A program made the translations under genes and the position numbers. A DNA stretch of 55,925 bases from a virus (taxonomy: Duplodnaviria; Caudoviricetes): positions 1 to 55,925 of IMG/VR virus record IMGVR_UViG_3300042465_000494; one strand, written 5' to 3'. The notes below the pieces were generated by a model, which was not told the DNA's origin, made no database searches, and saw nothing but the letters and a program-made list of their open reading frames with translations. This document shows, in pieces, positions 1 to 8,842 of this stretch. Position 1 is the first letter of the stretch, and every line of letters starts with the position of its first letter.

Positions 1-127
1 AAGTGCCGTTCACGATGGGGTGAGAGGCGGAGTTCAGTTGAACGCCGTCACCACCGGGGTACGAGCTGTTGAAAGCGCGGTTCAGCACGTTGGCCGACAG
101 AGTCTCTTTGGTCTCAATCAGGGACTG
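1..127. repeat. Terminal direct repeat, identical to 55799-55925 (circular assembly overlap)
   Basis: First 127 nt match the last 127 nt exactly and fall inside the capsid ORF; 127 is a common assembler k-mer size. Confidence 0.97.
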
Positions 128-469
128 GGCCAAGTGACGTGCATAGACCTGACCGATACGGATGTGGTCGCCGTCTTCCACCAACACTTTGGTCAACGCG
201 AAGGCCAAGCCATACACGTTGTACACATAGCGTTTCAGGAACAGGACACCACCTTGTTGGTACGTCACAGGGGAGCCGTCAGGCAACTGTGGAGCCGCAC
301 CGAAACCGTACAGGACGGGTTCTTCGTGGTAGTTACGGGGGATGCCAGTTTCCTCGCGGAAAACACGCGACCATTCGTCTTGGCGAAGGTCATAGACACC
401 ATCAAAGCATTCGTTCAGAATGGGTTCGACAATACTGCGAAAGTCGGTACTGCGCATTGGAGCGGCCAT
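1..469 (-). CDS. Major capsid protein, N-terminal part (continues across the join into 55353-55925; about 304 aa in total)
   Basis: ATG at 469 gives MAAPMRSTDFRSIVEPILNECFDGVY..., open and in frame with the 55353 ORF through the overlap; position after scaffold; Mu gpT-like/HK97-fold capsid character. Confidence 0.88.
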   Translation of the reverse strand, partial: MAAPMRSTDFRSIVEPILNECFDGVYDLRQDEWSRVFREETGIPRNYHEEPVLYGFGAAPQLPDGSPVTYQQGGVLFLKRYVYNVYGLAFALTKVLVEDGDHIRIGQVYARHLAQSLIETKETLSANVLNRAFNSSYPGGDGVQLNSASHPIVNGT

Positions 470-483
470 GGTTCACTCCCTCC

Positions 484-1083
484 TTAATAAGCGTTGATGT
501 TTGCGACGTTCTGATGCTCAGAGATCGTCACGCGCACAATTACAAAAGCGTCACCCCAAGCGTTGTCAGGGTACGGGGCGATGTCAACGACACGCAACTG
601 AGCCACAGCGGAGGTGGTTCCAGTTGACACGCCAAGACGCGCTTGGGACAAACCAGTTACGGATGAACCTGCGGTGATGTTCGCAAAGTCAAACTGCGAG
701 TTCAGCGAAGTTTGAGCAATGGTTGCATCAGACTGGATTTCATAAACGATGTTGGGGTCGTTGTAGAAATAAGCGACAACGGAACCTGTAAAAAAGGATT
801 CGTTGGCAGGCCAGTAGTTAGAGACACGACGACGGCCAGTGCCGTCAGTCCACTCCACACCAGCAAAAGCGCCCACAAATGCGTCACCAGCGGCAGCTAC
901 AACGATGTAGCCAGCAGGATCGTACTTGACGGGTTGGTTTTTGAGGATGGTGGTGGCATAGCCAGCACTGATGTTGCCGCTCGTAGAGACAGCTTGAATG
1001 CCATTGGCAAGCGCCTGAGCACGATCCAAACCAGAAGGATGGAATGCGGGACGCAGGCCGAATGGAGCGTTTGTTGCAGACAT
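484..1083 (-). CDS. Putative capsid-associated (decoration) protein, 199 aa
   Basis: Beta-rich small-residue protein directly upstream of the capsid gene; GGAG RBS. Confidence 0.6.
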   Translation of the reverse strand: MSATNAPFGLRPAFHPSGLDRAQALANGIQAVSTSGNISAGYATTILKNQPVKYDPAGYIVVAAAGDAFVGAFAGVEWTDGTGRRRVSNYWPANESFFTGSVVAYFYNDPNIVYEIQSDATIAQTSLNSQFDFANITAGSSVTGLSQARLGVSTGTTSAVAQLRVVDIAPYPDNAWGDAFVIVRVTISEHQNVANINAY

Positions 1084-1106
1084 GGTCTACTCCTATTTCG
1101 GTGTCC

Positions 1107-1649
1107 TTAGCCTTGAAAGATTGGCCGAGGGACAGATTGGTCAAAATTGCCAAACCCTTCGCCTTCAACTTTTCCTAATGACTTCCCTGAACTATCACGA
1201 GTACCTTGAAGTTGCTCCAATTGGACACGGACTTTGTCCGCCTCGTTCATTGGTTCTTCGTGGTGCATGTGCAACATGATGTCTTGGTAAATTTCCATGG
1301 GAAGTTTGCACAAGATCATTTCATTGCATGCGATAAATCCAGTGTACTCACCTGCTTTTACACGGTAATTTTCGTATCCGGGATGTTCTTCCGTTTTCAC
1401 AGGCACATACCCTTGACGAAACCGTTTTTCAATGGTGTCGTATGTATTAGTTGTTGATAACCAGCAAAGATGCCACCCGGGTACATCGGGGGCTTTTGGC
1501 AGCGCACTTTGGTTCCATTCATCGGTAAACATCTTGCGACGCTCATGTGACGAAATGAATTTTTCCTGCGGCGGTTCACGGCCTACATCCTGTGAAGAAC
1601 GAGCTTCTCTACCACCAGCAGAAAGAGATTTTTTGAGACGTGATTCCAT
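1107..1649 (-). CDS. Head-module hypothetical protein, 180 aa
   Basis: ORF in operon between scaffold and capsid; PGWHLCWLST...GYVPV motif. Confidence 0.65.
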   Translation of the reverse strand: MESRLKKSLSAGGREARSSQDVGREPPQEKFISSHERRKMFTDEWNQSALPKAPDVPGWHLCWLSTTNTYDTIEKRFRQGYVPVKTEEHPGYENYRVKAGEYTGFIACNEMILCKLPMEIYQDIMLHMHHEEPMNEADKVRVQLEQLQGTRDSSGKSLGKVEGEGFGNFDQSVPRPIFQG

Positions 1650-1652
1650 GGC

Positions 1653-2633
1653 TTAACCCCTAAAGTTTTGTTGACGTGCTTCGATTGCGTAACGTTTGAT
1701 CATCTTGTTGCGTTTTTCTGGGTCATCCCAAAAACCCGCCTCCTTCATCGCGGACACTTGTTCTCGTGTCAGCGTGAAGGTGTTGCGGTTTGAACCGCCA
1801 GATGAGAACTCACGTCCAGAGTCGCCCACAATGTTCCTTCTCGGTTTACCAGAGCTATCACTTCTCTCGGTGTCTTGATTGTAGCGATGCGGCATGTAGT
1901 TGCGCAAGCGTTTGTCAAGTTCTTTGAAGTATCCCGGGTCAGCGGGATCGAATCCTTCGTTTGTTAAAGCTTCGTCCAGCTTCTTGGCGATCTGGCTGTC
2001 CACATCGCTCAGGTCAGCATTGAACCAAGTGTTGCGCTCCATCCATGTGGTCACGTTACGAGACACCCGTGGATCGGGGGCGATGCTGCCCTCGTTCTGG
2101 GGGCGCACAGCCTGCTTCTTGAACCCTTGCAGTTGTTCAATCTTGCGGCGGCTCTCGTACCACATGTCCTGCGCTTTTGTTAAAGCTTCGCCGTCTCGTG
2201 CGGTAGTGGCTTCGGCCAATTTCATCTTGGCGTACTGGAGGCGCATCTCTTGGTCTTCGATGGCCTTGTCGAGCTGGGCCAGATCGGAAGCGTGGTGCTT
2301 CTTCTCCACCACCATGAGTCGTTCCATCAACTCTTGGTTTTTGCGCTCCAGCATTTGAAGCTTGACGTCCTTCTCTGCGTTGGATCGCTTGGCAAGCTCT
2401 CGTTTGGCACGGCGTTTCTCACGTCGTGCTCGTTGGTATTCGGTTTCGTCAGGAGGGGCTACGTCATCGTCGCCGCCCGAATCCGAGTCGCCACCGCTGG
2501 CGCTGGAGTCGTCGTTGTCGTCGTCATGGTCGTCGCCCTGAATGTGATCGGGCAGCTCAATGACAGCGGAGCCGTCCTGACCTTCGTTGACGACAATCTT
2601 CTCGTCGTCTTTGTTTTGTGTGTCTGTGCTCAT
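1653..2633 (-). CDS. Putative capsid scaffolding protein, 326 aa
   Basis: Acidic N-terminus, long coiled coil, position between portal and capsid. Confidence 0.7.
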   Translation of the reverse strand: MSTDTQNKDDEKIVVNEGQDGSAVIELPDHIQGDDHDDDNDDSSASGGDSDSGGDDDVAPPDETEYQRARREKRRAKRELAKRSNAEKDVKLQMLERKNQELMERLMVVEKKHHASDLAQLDKAIEDQEMRLQYAKMKLAEATTARDGEALTKAQDMWYESRRKIEQLQGFKKQAVRPQNEGSIAPDPRVSRNVTTWMERNTWFNADLSDVDSQIAKKLDEALTNEGFDPADPGYFKELDKRLRNYMPHRYNQDTERSDSSGKPRRNIVGDSGREFSSGGSNRNTFTLTREQVSAMKEAGFWDDPEKRNKMIKRYAIEARQQNFRG

Positions 2634-3064
2634 AGATAGGCTTTCATTGCTAGGGGATCACCAACAACCTTTGCAATGGCTTCGTGATCGTTCAAGATCA
2701 TGAACAGTGCAGGGTCTTCCAAATCATCCTCGCCGGGGACTTTGACTTCCCAACGGTCACCGCCCCACTTGGGGACTCGGATGTAGTCACCAGCGACGCA
2801 CCACGAGCCTTCAGGCCAGCTAATCATGGTGTCACGGTGTTTGAATGCGAGAGGGCCAATCTCGATGACTTTCGCCACCATGTTCTGCCACTTCTCGGTT
2901 TCCTTGGTCTCTTCAACCAAGATAATCCCCATGCTTGTTGCCTTCTTTTTGGTTCGGCGCAGTTGCACCAAAATCCTGCCACCAAGAGGTTTCGCACCGG
3001 GTTCTACGCTCGGGAATGCCCAAGCCAACTCAGCTTCGCCAGAAGCTTCCAATGTGTTACTCAT
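2630..3064 (-). CDS. GroES-like co-chaperonin
   Basis: KPLGGRILVQ...GII...V.EIGPLAF...GD.I...KWGG...ILND matches the Cpn10 pattern. Confidence 0.85.
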   Translation of the reverse strand: MSNTLEASGEAELAWAFPSVEPGAKPLGGRILVQLRRTKKKATSMGIILVEETKETEKWQNMVAKVIEIGPLAFKHRDTMISWPEGSWCVAGDYIRVPKWGGDRWEVKVPGEDDLEDPALFMILNDHEAIAKVVGDPLAMKAYL

Positions 3065-3242
3065 CGTCTCTCTCTTCCTTCAACATTGTGTTTAGTATTT
3101 CGTAGGCTTCCGCAAGGCCTGCGTGATGTCCCACCATGCGCGTGTACACGTCCCATGAAGCGGCGTTTCCAGCCGCTAGGGATGAAGCTATTTCAGCTTG
3201 ACGTGTCTTGATCGCGCCGATGAAGTCGGAAAGTGTTTTCAT
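3057..3242 (-). CDS. Small head-module hypothetical protein, 61 aa
   Basis: Overlap-coupled to neighbours; helical, Y..MVG...GL motif. Confidence 0.65.
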   Translation of the reverse strand: MKTLSDFIGAIKTRQAEIASSLAAGNAASWDVYTRMVGHHAGLAEAYEILNTMLKEERDDE

Positions 3243-3385
3243 TTTTGTTTGGCTGGCAGGCTACCTTTCTTGGATTGCTGGGGGTTGCCCTTGGGTTGCA
3301 GGGAACTGCCATCGAGCTTCTCGCCCATAGCAATGCGCTTGTGCATGGGGATGCCCATGGTGTCTTGCGGTTTACTGGTAGCCAT
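3239..3385 (-). CDS. Small basic hypothetical protein, 48 aa (MATSKPQDTMGIPMHKRIAMGEK...)
   Basis: Hand-translated; GGAG RBS; fills the gap between portal and the next gene with an ATGA overlap. Confidence 0.55.
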   Translation of the reverse strand: MATSKPQDTMGIPMHKRIAMGEKLDGSSLQPKGNPQQSKKGSLPAKQK

Positions 3386-5930
3386 TCATATCTCCTTGCG
3401 GACGGTTGGTGATTGCGGGGATTAGCCGCTCTTGCATAGCACGCTGAACCTCTCGATTCATACGCGCCAATTCGATGCGCTCTTTGGTCTCGTTGTCGCC
3501 AATTGCGATGGCAAGCTTGAGTTGGTTTTCCTCGTTCGCCAGTGCCATGTCGTCTTGGTGCTGCTGACCCTTGAGCGCCATTTCCTGCTGATCCCGTGCA
3601 GCCCTGCGCTGGGTCTCTGCCATGCTGGTTTCCTGAAGCACCTTGGCTTCGGGCGGCAGTGGAGGCTGCGGGGCGTACTGCTGTGCGGCTTGAATCATCT
3701 GGGTGATCACGGGCATGATTCCAGAGAACACCTTCTCGCTGTCCATCGTGACGTGCTGCGATGCCAGTGCATACAGCTTGTCGATGCTGGCGGTGAAGCG
3801 GCTGTCCTCGTACTGCTGGACGGCCTTGTTGTTTTCCTTGTTGACGTAGCCGTTCATGCGTTGCAGATACCACAGCGTCAAGTGCTGCTTGATGTGCTCC
3901 AGCAGGGTAGGCACGAACTGGGGAGCCATTAGCGGGTTGCTGCCAAAGATTGGGTCTTTGCCGAAGTCCAAATGGGCCTGCAAGTGGGCCAAATGGTCTT
4001 GGGTGATGAAGGCAAAGGCTGGCTGGCCCAAAGCCATCGCCACGTTCTCGTCGGCAGGACTTCGCTGGTCGGTTGGAGGCGTGTTGACCAGCAGCTCGTT
4101 GATACCCGGCACTTTGATCTGCTTCATGAAGCGTTCGATTACAGCTTTCTGGTTGAACTGCTGCGGATGCTTGTCCATGATCTGCATGACGGCCTGAATT
4201 TGGGCCATGCGCTGGGTTTCAGAGAAGATGTGCGGGTCAGAAACAGGCACAACGTCCGTGTTCTTGGCAAAGTCTTCCTTTTTGATCTCAAGATCGGCCA
4301 CCAACTCGCCTTTGCGCTGGTCATCCAAGTACCAACGGTTCAAACGGGACAGGATCTTGAGCACTCGGGCTTGGCTGGCGTGCAAACGAGCGTGGATAGA
4401 GCTGAAAACAGCCGCACCCTGCTCAATCAGGGCCTGAGTTGTGCCAACAGGGGTGTTGGAGTTCACATCGGCGATCTTTTCCTCAGCCGTGGTGACCACG
4501 CCCTTGGCTGCCTTCTCCAAATACCCCATCAACTGGAACAAAACCACGCTTGGAGGGTTGAACGGCATGGGCATGGCGATCTTCTTGATGTCATCGACAC
4601 CCGGAGCGCCTTCGATTTCCGCAATTTGCGTGACTTCGACCTGTTGCGACTGGCCCGAGATCTTGGCTCCCTTGAGCTTGAGCATCGTTGCCGTGTTGTT
4701 GATGTGGGCAGAGTCCAGCAAGGCACGCAAAGCGCCTGTAAGGGCCGCTGAGAGCCCTCCAATGAGGTGCGGCAGGCCAACAGCGTAGGCTCCGCGCCAT
4801 GGAATGAACTTGAACTCGACGATCCAGTCCAATTTGGTCATGGTTTCGTCGCCTTCTTCCCAATTTCGGTACAGGCCAATGACTTCGTTGTCCAGCTCGT
4901 CAATCATCAGGATGTATGGAGCCATCTCGCCCTTGGTATAGGGGTCGTCATCCAGCTCCAGCCATGTGTAGATGTGGAAAACGGTGCGCAAACCGTCCTC
5001 GTTGTCCTCAAACTTCTTGCCTTCGATCTTGTTGGACGCCTTTTGAGCGCCAGTCATCTCGGGCTCCATGGTGGCGCGGATGATGTCAACGTCTTTGTAC
5101 AGCCCACTGGCGATGCGGCGCTTGAATTCGAAGGAGGTGATCTCGTGGACTTCGGTCACGCGCTGGGCGGTGTAGAAGTTTGCAGCCGAAAACGGGACGT
5201 AGACCCGGTCAATCGGCAGGAATTCGCAGCATGGACGGGCTTTTTGCTCGTCGTACCAGAGCTTGATGTACTGTGAGCCGCCCAGTGGGAGCTGGGTCAG
5301 CATCTGTTCCTGCTCGTCGCGGAACTCTTCGATCTGCTCGGTGAGCTGCCAGTTCATGTAGTCCCGCTTGCGCTCGGCAACGGTGACTTTCTCCTCGGTA
5401 ATCTCGCCCAAAATCTTGGTGCGGGTTGGGCCGTCAGGCGGGAACATCTCTTTGATGGCTCGGGCGGCGAAGTCCACGCAGGCCTCGGCCATGACGGGGT
5501 GGACAACCTTGGACGCGCCGTTAAAGTTTGCGCCACCGGGGGCGTCGTTGCCCATGCCAGTGCGGCGGATGCCCTCTTCGTACTGCTTGTCCCGCTGCTC
5601 ACGGGCTGACTTGTCCTTGAGCACCAGCTCGACGTACCGCATGGCAGTCATGTCCAGCGTCATCAGGTCAGAAGACTCAGCCAAGTTGGCGTAGAAGTCC
5701 TCGTTCTCCTCTGGGCCACCAAAGCCCTCCAAGTTCACGACAGCCGAGCCGTCAGGCAACTCCTCGATCTCAGCGCCTTCGGTCATCAGGTCGATGTCCA
5801 CAGAGCCGTCGGGGTTCTCGGTCATGCCTTGCTGCTGCGGGGGCTGACCCATTTGGGCTTGCGGGTCAGGCATGCCCTCAATGAATCGTCCGGCGTTCGG
5901 GTCAATGGGCATTTGTGTTGCCATGGTCAC
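3372..5930 (-). CDS. Portal protein (P22-like), about 850 aa
   Basis: HPVMAEACVDFAARA, AERKRDYMNWQL, LPLGGSQYIK motifs; Q/P-rich coiled C-terminus; position in the head module. Confidence 0.85.
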   Translation of the reverse strand: MTMATQMPIDPNAGRFIEGMPDPQAQMGQPPQQQGMTENPDGSVDIDLMTEGAEIEELPDGSAVVNLEGFGGPEENEDFYANLAESSDLMTLDMTAMRYVELVLKDKSAREQRDKQYEEGIRRTGMGNDAPGGANFNGASKVVHPVMAEACVDFAARAIKEMFPPDGPTRTKILGEITEEKVTVAERKRDYMNWQLTEQIEEFRDEQEQMLTQLPLGGSQYIKLWYDEQKARPCCEFLPIDRVYVPFSAANFYTAQRVTEVHEITSFEFKRRIASGLYKDVDIIRATMEPEMTGAQKASNKIEGKKFEDNEDGLRTVFHIYTWLELDDDPYTKGEMAPYILMIDELDNEVIGLYRNWEEGDETMTKLDWIVEFKFIPWRGAYAVGLPHLIGGLSAALTGALRALLDSAHINNTATMLKLKGAKISGQSQQVEVTQIAEIEGAPGVDDIKKIAMPMPFNPPSVVLFQLMGYLEKAAKGVVTTAEEKIADVNSNTPVGTTQALIEQGAAVFSSIHARLHASQARVLKILSRLNRWYLDDQRKGELVADLEIKKEDFAKNTDVVPVSDPHIFSETQRMAQIQAVMQIMDKHPQQFNQKAVIERFMKQIKVPGINELLVNTPPTDQRSPADENVAMALGQPAFAFITQDHLAHLQAHLDFGKDPIFGSNPLMAPQFVPTLLEHIKQHLTLWYLQRMNGYVNKENNKAVQQYEDSRFTASIDKLYALASQHVTMDSEKVFSGIMPVITQMIQAAQQYAPQPPLPPEAKVLQETSMAETQRRAARDQQEMALKGQQHQDDMALANEENQLKLAIAIGDNETKERIELARMNREVQRAMQERLIPAITNRPQGDMNGYQ

Positions 5931-8842
5931 ATCCTTTGTTTGTTCATTCTAGCTGGTAGTCCACCAATTTCCGCATGTTTCATTAACGCAGATATAGCAC
6001 CACCATCTTTGTAAGTTTTCTTTGCTTTAACAGCCCCGCCCTTTTTGTTGCCGGACTTCTGCAAATCGGTCAGGTACTTCTCGCTGACAAACTGAGATGG
6101 AGAGCCCATAGACAAAGCCCTTGGGTTCACTACATCTTCAGGGCCATAACCCTTTTCCTTGATCCAGTCGGGGGCGGCTTTCCGAATGGATGTTGGCTTG
6201 TAACGCAACCCATAGTCAGTGCCAACTGTTTGCGCTGGAAATGCAATGTTGAGGTCGGGACGCAAAACAACGTCTCCTTCCATGGTGAACAGGTGCGGCC
6301 CTACGCTGTAGTTCTCCAGCCCCACAAGCGAGGGCTCGGTCTCACGCCTCAAGATGCCCTCAACGTTGCCTGCATCTGTCCACTTGACCCCCGGATACGC
6401 CTCCTTGAACTCCTTGGAGATCATTGGCTTCTTGACTCCAAGCCCCATCAAGGCGTCACTGATAGCGGCCCTGCGCTCAAACGTTGTCGCAAAGTTCAAC
6501 GCTGCTGGGTCGGTTATGTCGAAGTTTGCTGGAAAGAGAGGGTTGCCCTTCTTGTTGGTCGCCTCTTGCAGCCGCTGATTGATTAACTTGATCTGCTCAG
6601 GGTGAACCAAGTTGCTTTGGTTTGCGGCTTGTATGGTCTTGAGCGCATCCTTGACAACGATTGTGTTGGACTTGTGCTGGTCAGGTGAGCCGATGTAAGT
6701 TGTCCAGACCGTCTTTTCTGGGTCGCCTTGCTTTGTCTTGCGCTGGGCTATTTTTTCGTTGCCGAAGCCCCATGAAACTTTAGCTTTTTTGTGTGGCTCT
6801 GAGTAATGCTGTAGACCAGCAAACCCTACACCGCCCATGTTTTCACCAAACACGCGAGAGCGGTCAGCCTCAGTGAAGTTCAGTGTCTTGCCTTCGGAGC
6901 CTGAAATGCCAAGCGCCTCGGACAGCGGCATGGTCGGCGGCTTTAAGGGGTCGGCATAGTGGACGCCCGGGGCATATGCTGCTTCAGCAGTTTTGGCAGT
7001 TTTGGCAGTTTTGCCAGCCTTTGCGCCCCCTCTAACAATACCCCCTACTTGGAAGCTTGCAACAGGGGACGCGCTGTTCTGTGGGCTGGGTGCTCCAAGA
7101 TCTTGATCGCTGACGACAGCACCGCCCATGTTGTACTGCTTCACGCCAATCTCTTTGTTGTCCAGCTCCATGCGCATGGCGTCTGGGTTTTCAAGGAACT
7201 TCACCATACCGTTGCCTTCTTGTTCGTTGCCCTCGTCAAACATTTGGGAGCCCACTGCTGCTGCTCCTGCGCCACCAGCCACACCCTCAAGTGCAGGCAT
7301 GGCAACCTTGCCGTACATGGGCTGGCCCTTGGTGTTGATCTCTTGCCGCATCTGGGGGGTGATGTTGAAGGAGTGGAAGCTCTGCATGGTCGGGCTGTAA
7401 GTGGGAACCATGTCCGAGCCAGTAGGGCCTCGGCTCATCTCCTCGCCAGTCTTGAGCTGGATCTCGCCCATCTGTGCGCCGTACTTCTTGCCGTAGTTGT
7501 TCAGGTAGTCGGGCAAGATCTTGTCGTAGAAGCCCTTCATGCCCTCGCCGCCAACTTGGAGGTCAACGCCACTGAGTTGCTTATAGCTTCCGGCATAAGG
7601 CTGTGCAATCAACTTTTCTGCCGCCTCTTTACCAACGTAATCGGCAAGATTTTCTGGTGTAACGCCATCAGCCATTTTGTTGAAATCACCGCTATTCTTT
7701 TGCTTGGCATAAAGACGGCCTGTTCTTTCATCCCATTCAAGCGCATCTATCTGCTTGCTCAGGTCATAGCGCTTGGCTTGCTCTGCGCCGGGGGTGATGG
7801 CGACGGTGTCGTAGCCGTTCTCTACTGCGTAGTCCAGCACGCGCTTCATTGCCAGCTCGTGCCAGTTCTTCTTAAATGGAGCGTCGGGGACTCCGCGAGT
7901 CATTGGCAGTCTTCCCAAATTTCCCGCCATGGCATTTTCTGCGGCCTGAGCAGTCATAAATCCATACTGCCTTTGCCCATCGAGATAAGGTTCAAAAAGT
8001 TGTCCGTTTAGGTCTCTTACCCGATATATGCCATCTTCTTCTTCAATTGTGTAAGGCTTTTTGCTTGGATCAATGTAGCCTTGTTTTCGCCCAGCCTGAT
8101 GCCAGTCAGACTGGATCTCATCAACGAGCAGCACCTTCTTGCCCTCGGGTGTTGTGAAGTCCTGCACACGGATGTGGGCCAACACGTTGGGCGTGTCTTT
8201 GAAGTGAACGCTCTGGTAGTCCTGACTGCCAGCGGCCTCCTTCTCTTTGAGGGCGCTGTACTGCTTTTGATGCCAAGGATCTAGCTCTTTGCCGCGCCGA
8301 ATGTCACCCTCGTACAGCATTAGATTGCGCTGCTCAATCTGGTTCAGGCCGCGCTTTGGTAGCTTGAGCAAAATCTCCCGGTAGTTCTCTCCGCCCGGGG
8401 TTGCGTATTCACCATACTTGGTCTCGGGGTTATAACCAAAATCGCTTTCTACAGCCCACTGCGCCCTTTCTTTGTCTCGGCCATACAAGTCATCAAACCC
8501 AACGTCTTCATCCCCAATCATCTCTTGAGCTTTTTCGTCAAGAGCACGGCGATACTCATAGCCACCACGGATCTCATCCCGAACTCTTGGTGGGGCCTTC
8601 TGCTCAAAGACCGTCTGCACCTCGGCCTTGGTCATCTTGGGCTTGCCTTTGAGCGCCTTGTCCAAGCCACGGTCTTTCAACTCGGTGGGTTTGACGCCCT
8701 TCTTCATCAGTTCGGTCAGGAACTCATCGCCCGTGCCTTTGCCGCGCTGCAACTCGTCGAGGATGACGTCAGCCTTGGAAAAGAATGGGCCAGACTTCTT
8801 GGCCTTTTTTGCCGCCTTGGCGATCAGATCAAGCGCACTCAT
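5927..8842 (-). CDS. Large polyvalent-type protein, 971 aa (two modules)
   Basis: Long ORF; N-module with YREILL, NVLAHIRV, LLVDEIQSDWHQ, DAPF, GYD motifs typical of large polyvalent proteins; second module follows GG motifs. Confidence 0.7.
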   Translation of the reverse strand: MSALDLIAKAAKKAKKSGPFFSKADVILDELQRGKGTGDEFLTELMKKGVKPTELKDRGLDKALKGKPKMTKAEVQTVFEQKAPPRVRDEIRGGYEYRRALDEKAQEMIGDEDVGFDDLYGRDKERAQWAVESDFGYNPETKYGEYATPGGENYREILLKLPKRGLNQIEQRNLMLYEGDIRRGKELDPWHQKQYSALKEKEAAGSQDYQSVHFKDTPNVLAHIRVQDFTTPEGKKVLLVDEIQSDWHQAGRKQGYIDPSKKPYTIEEEDGIYRVRDLNGQLFEPYLDGQRQYGFMTAQAAENAMAGNLGRLPMTRGVPDAPFKKNWHELAMKRVLDYAVENGYDTVAITPGAEQAKRYDLSKQIDALEWDERTGRLYAKQKNSGDFNKMADGVTPENLADYVGKEAAEKLIAQPYAGSYKQLSGVDLQVGGEGMKGFYDKILPDYLNNYGKKYGAQMGEIQLKTGEEMSRGPTGSDMVPTYSPTMQSFHSFNITPQMRQEINTKGQPMYGKVAMPALEGVAGGAGAAAVGSQMFDEGNEQEGNGMVKFLENPDAMRMELDNKEIGVKQYNMGGAVVSDQDLGAPSPQNSASPVASFQVGGIVRGGAKAGKTAKTAKTAEAAYAPGVHYADPLKPPTMPLSEALGISGSEGKTLNFTEADRSRVFGENMGGVGFAGLQHYSEPHKKAKVSWGFGNEKIAQRKTKQGDPEKTVWTTYIGSPDQHKSNTIVVKDALKTIQAANQSNLVHPEQIKLINQRLQEATNKKGNPLFPANFDITDPAALNFATTFERRAAISDALMGLGVKKPMISKEFKEAYPGVKWTDAGNVEGILRRETEPSLVGLENYSVGPHLFTMEGDVVLRPDLNIAFPAQTVGTDYGLRYKPTSIRKAAPDWIKEKGYGPEDVVNPRALSMGSPSQFVSEKYLTDLQKSGNKKGGAVKAKKTYKDGGAISALMKHAEIGGLPARMNKQRM

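Noticed and set aside
1-127. Biological direct terminal repeat
   Set aside because: It is exactly 127 nt and lies mid-capsid gene, which fits an assembler k-mer overlap rather than a packaging end
3193-3873. 226-aa alternative-frame ORF overlapping the portal
   Set aside because: Only its last 48 codons region hosts a plausible gene, in another frame (3239-3385); the rest shadows the portal
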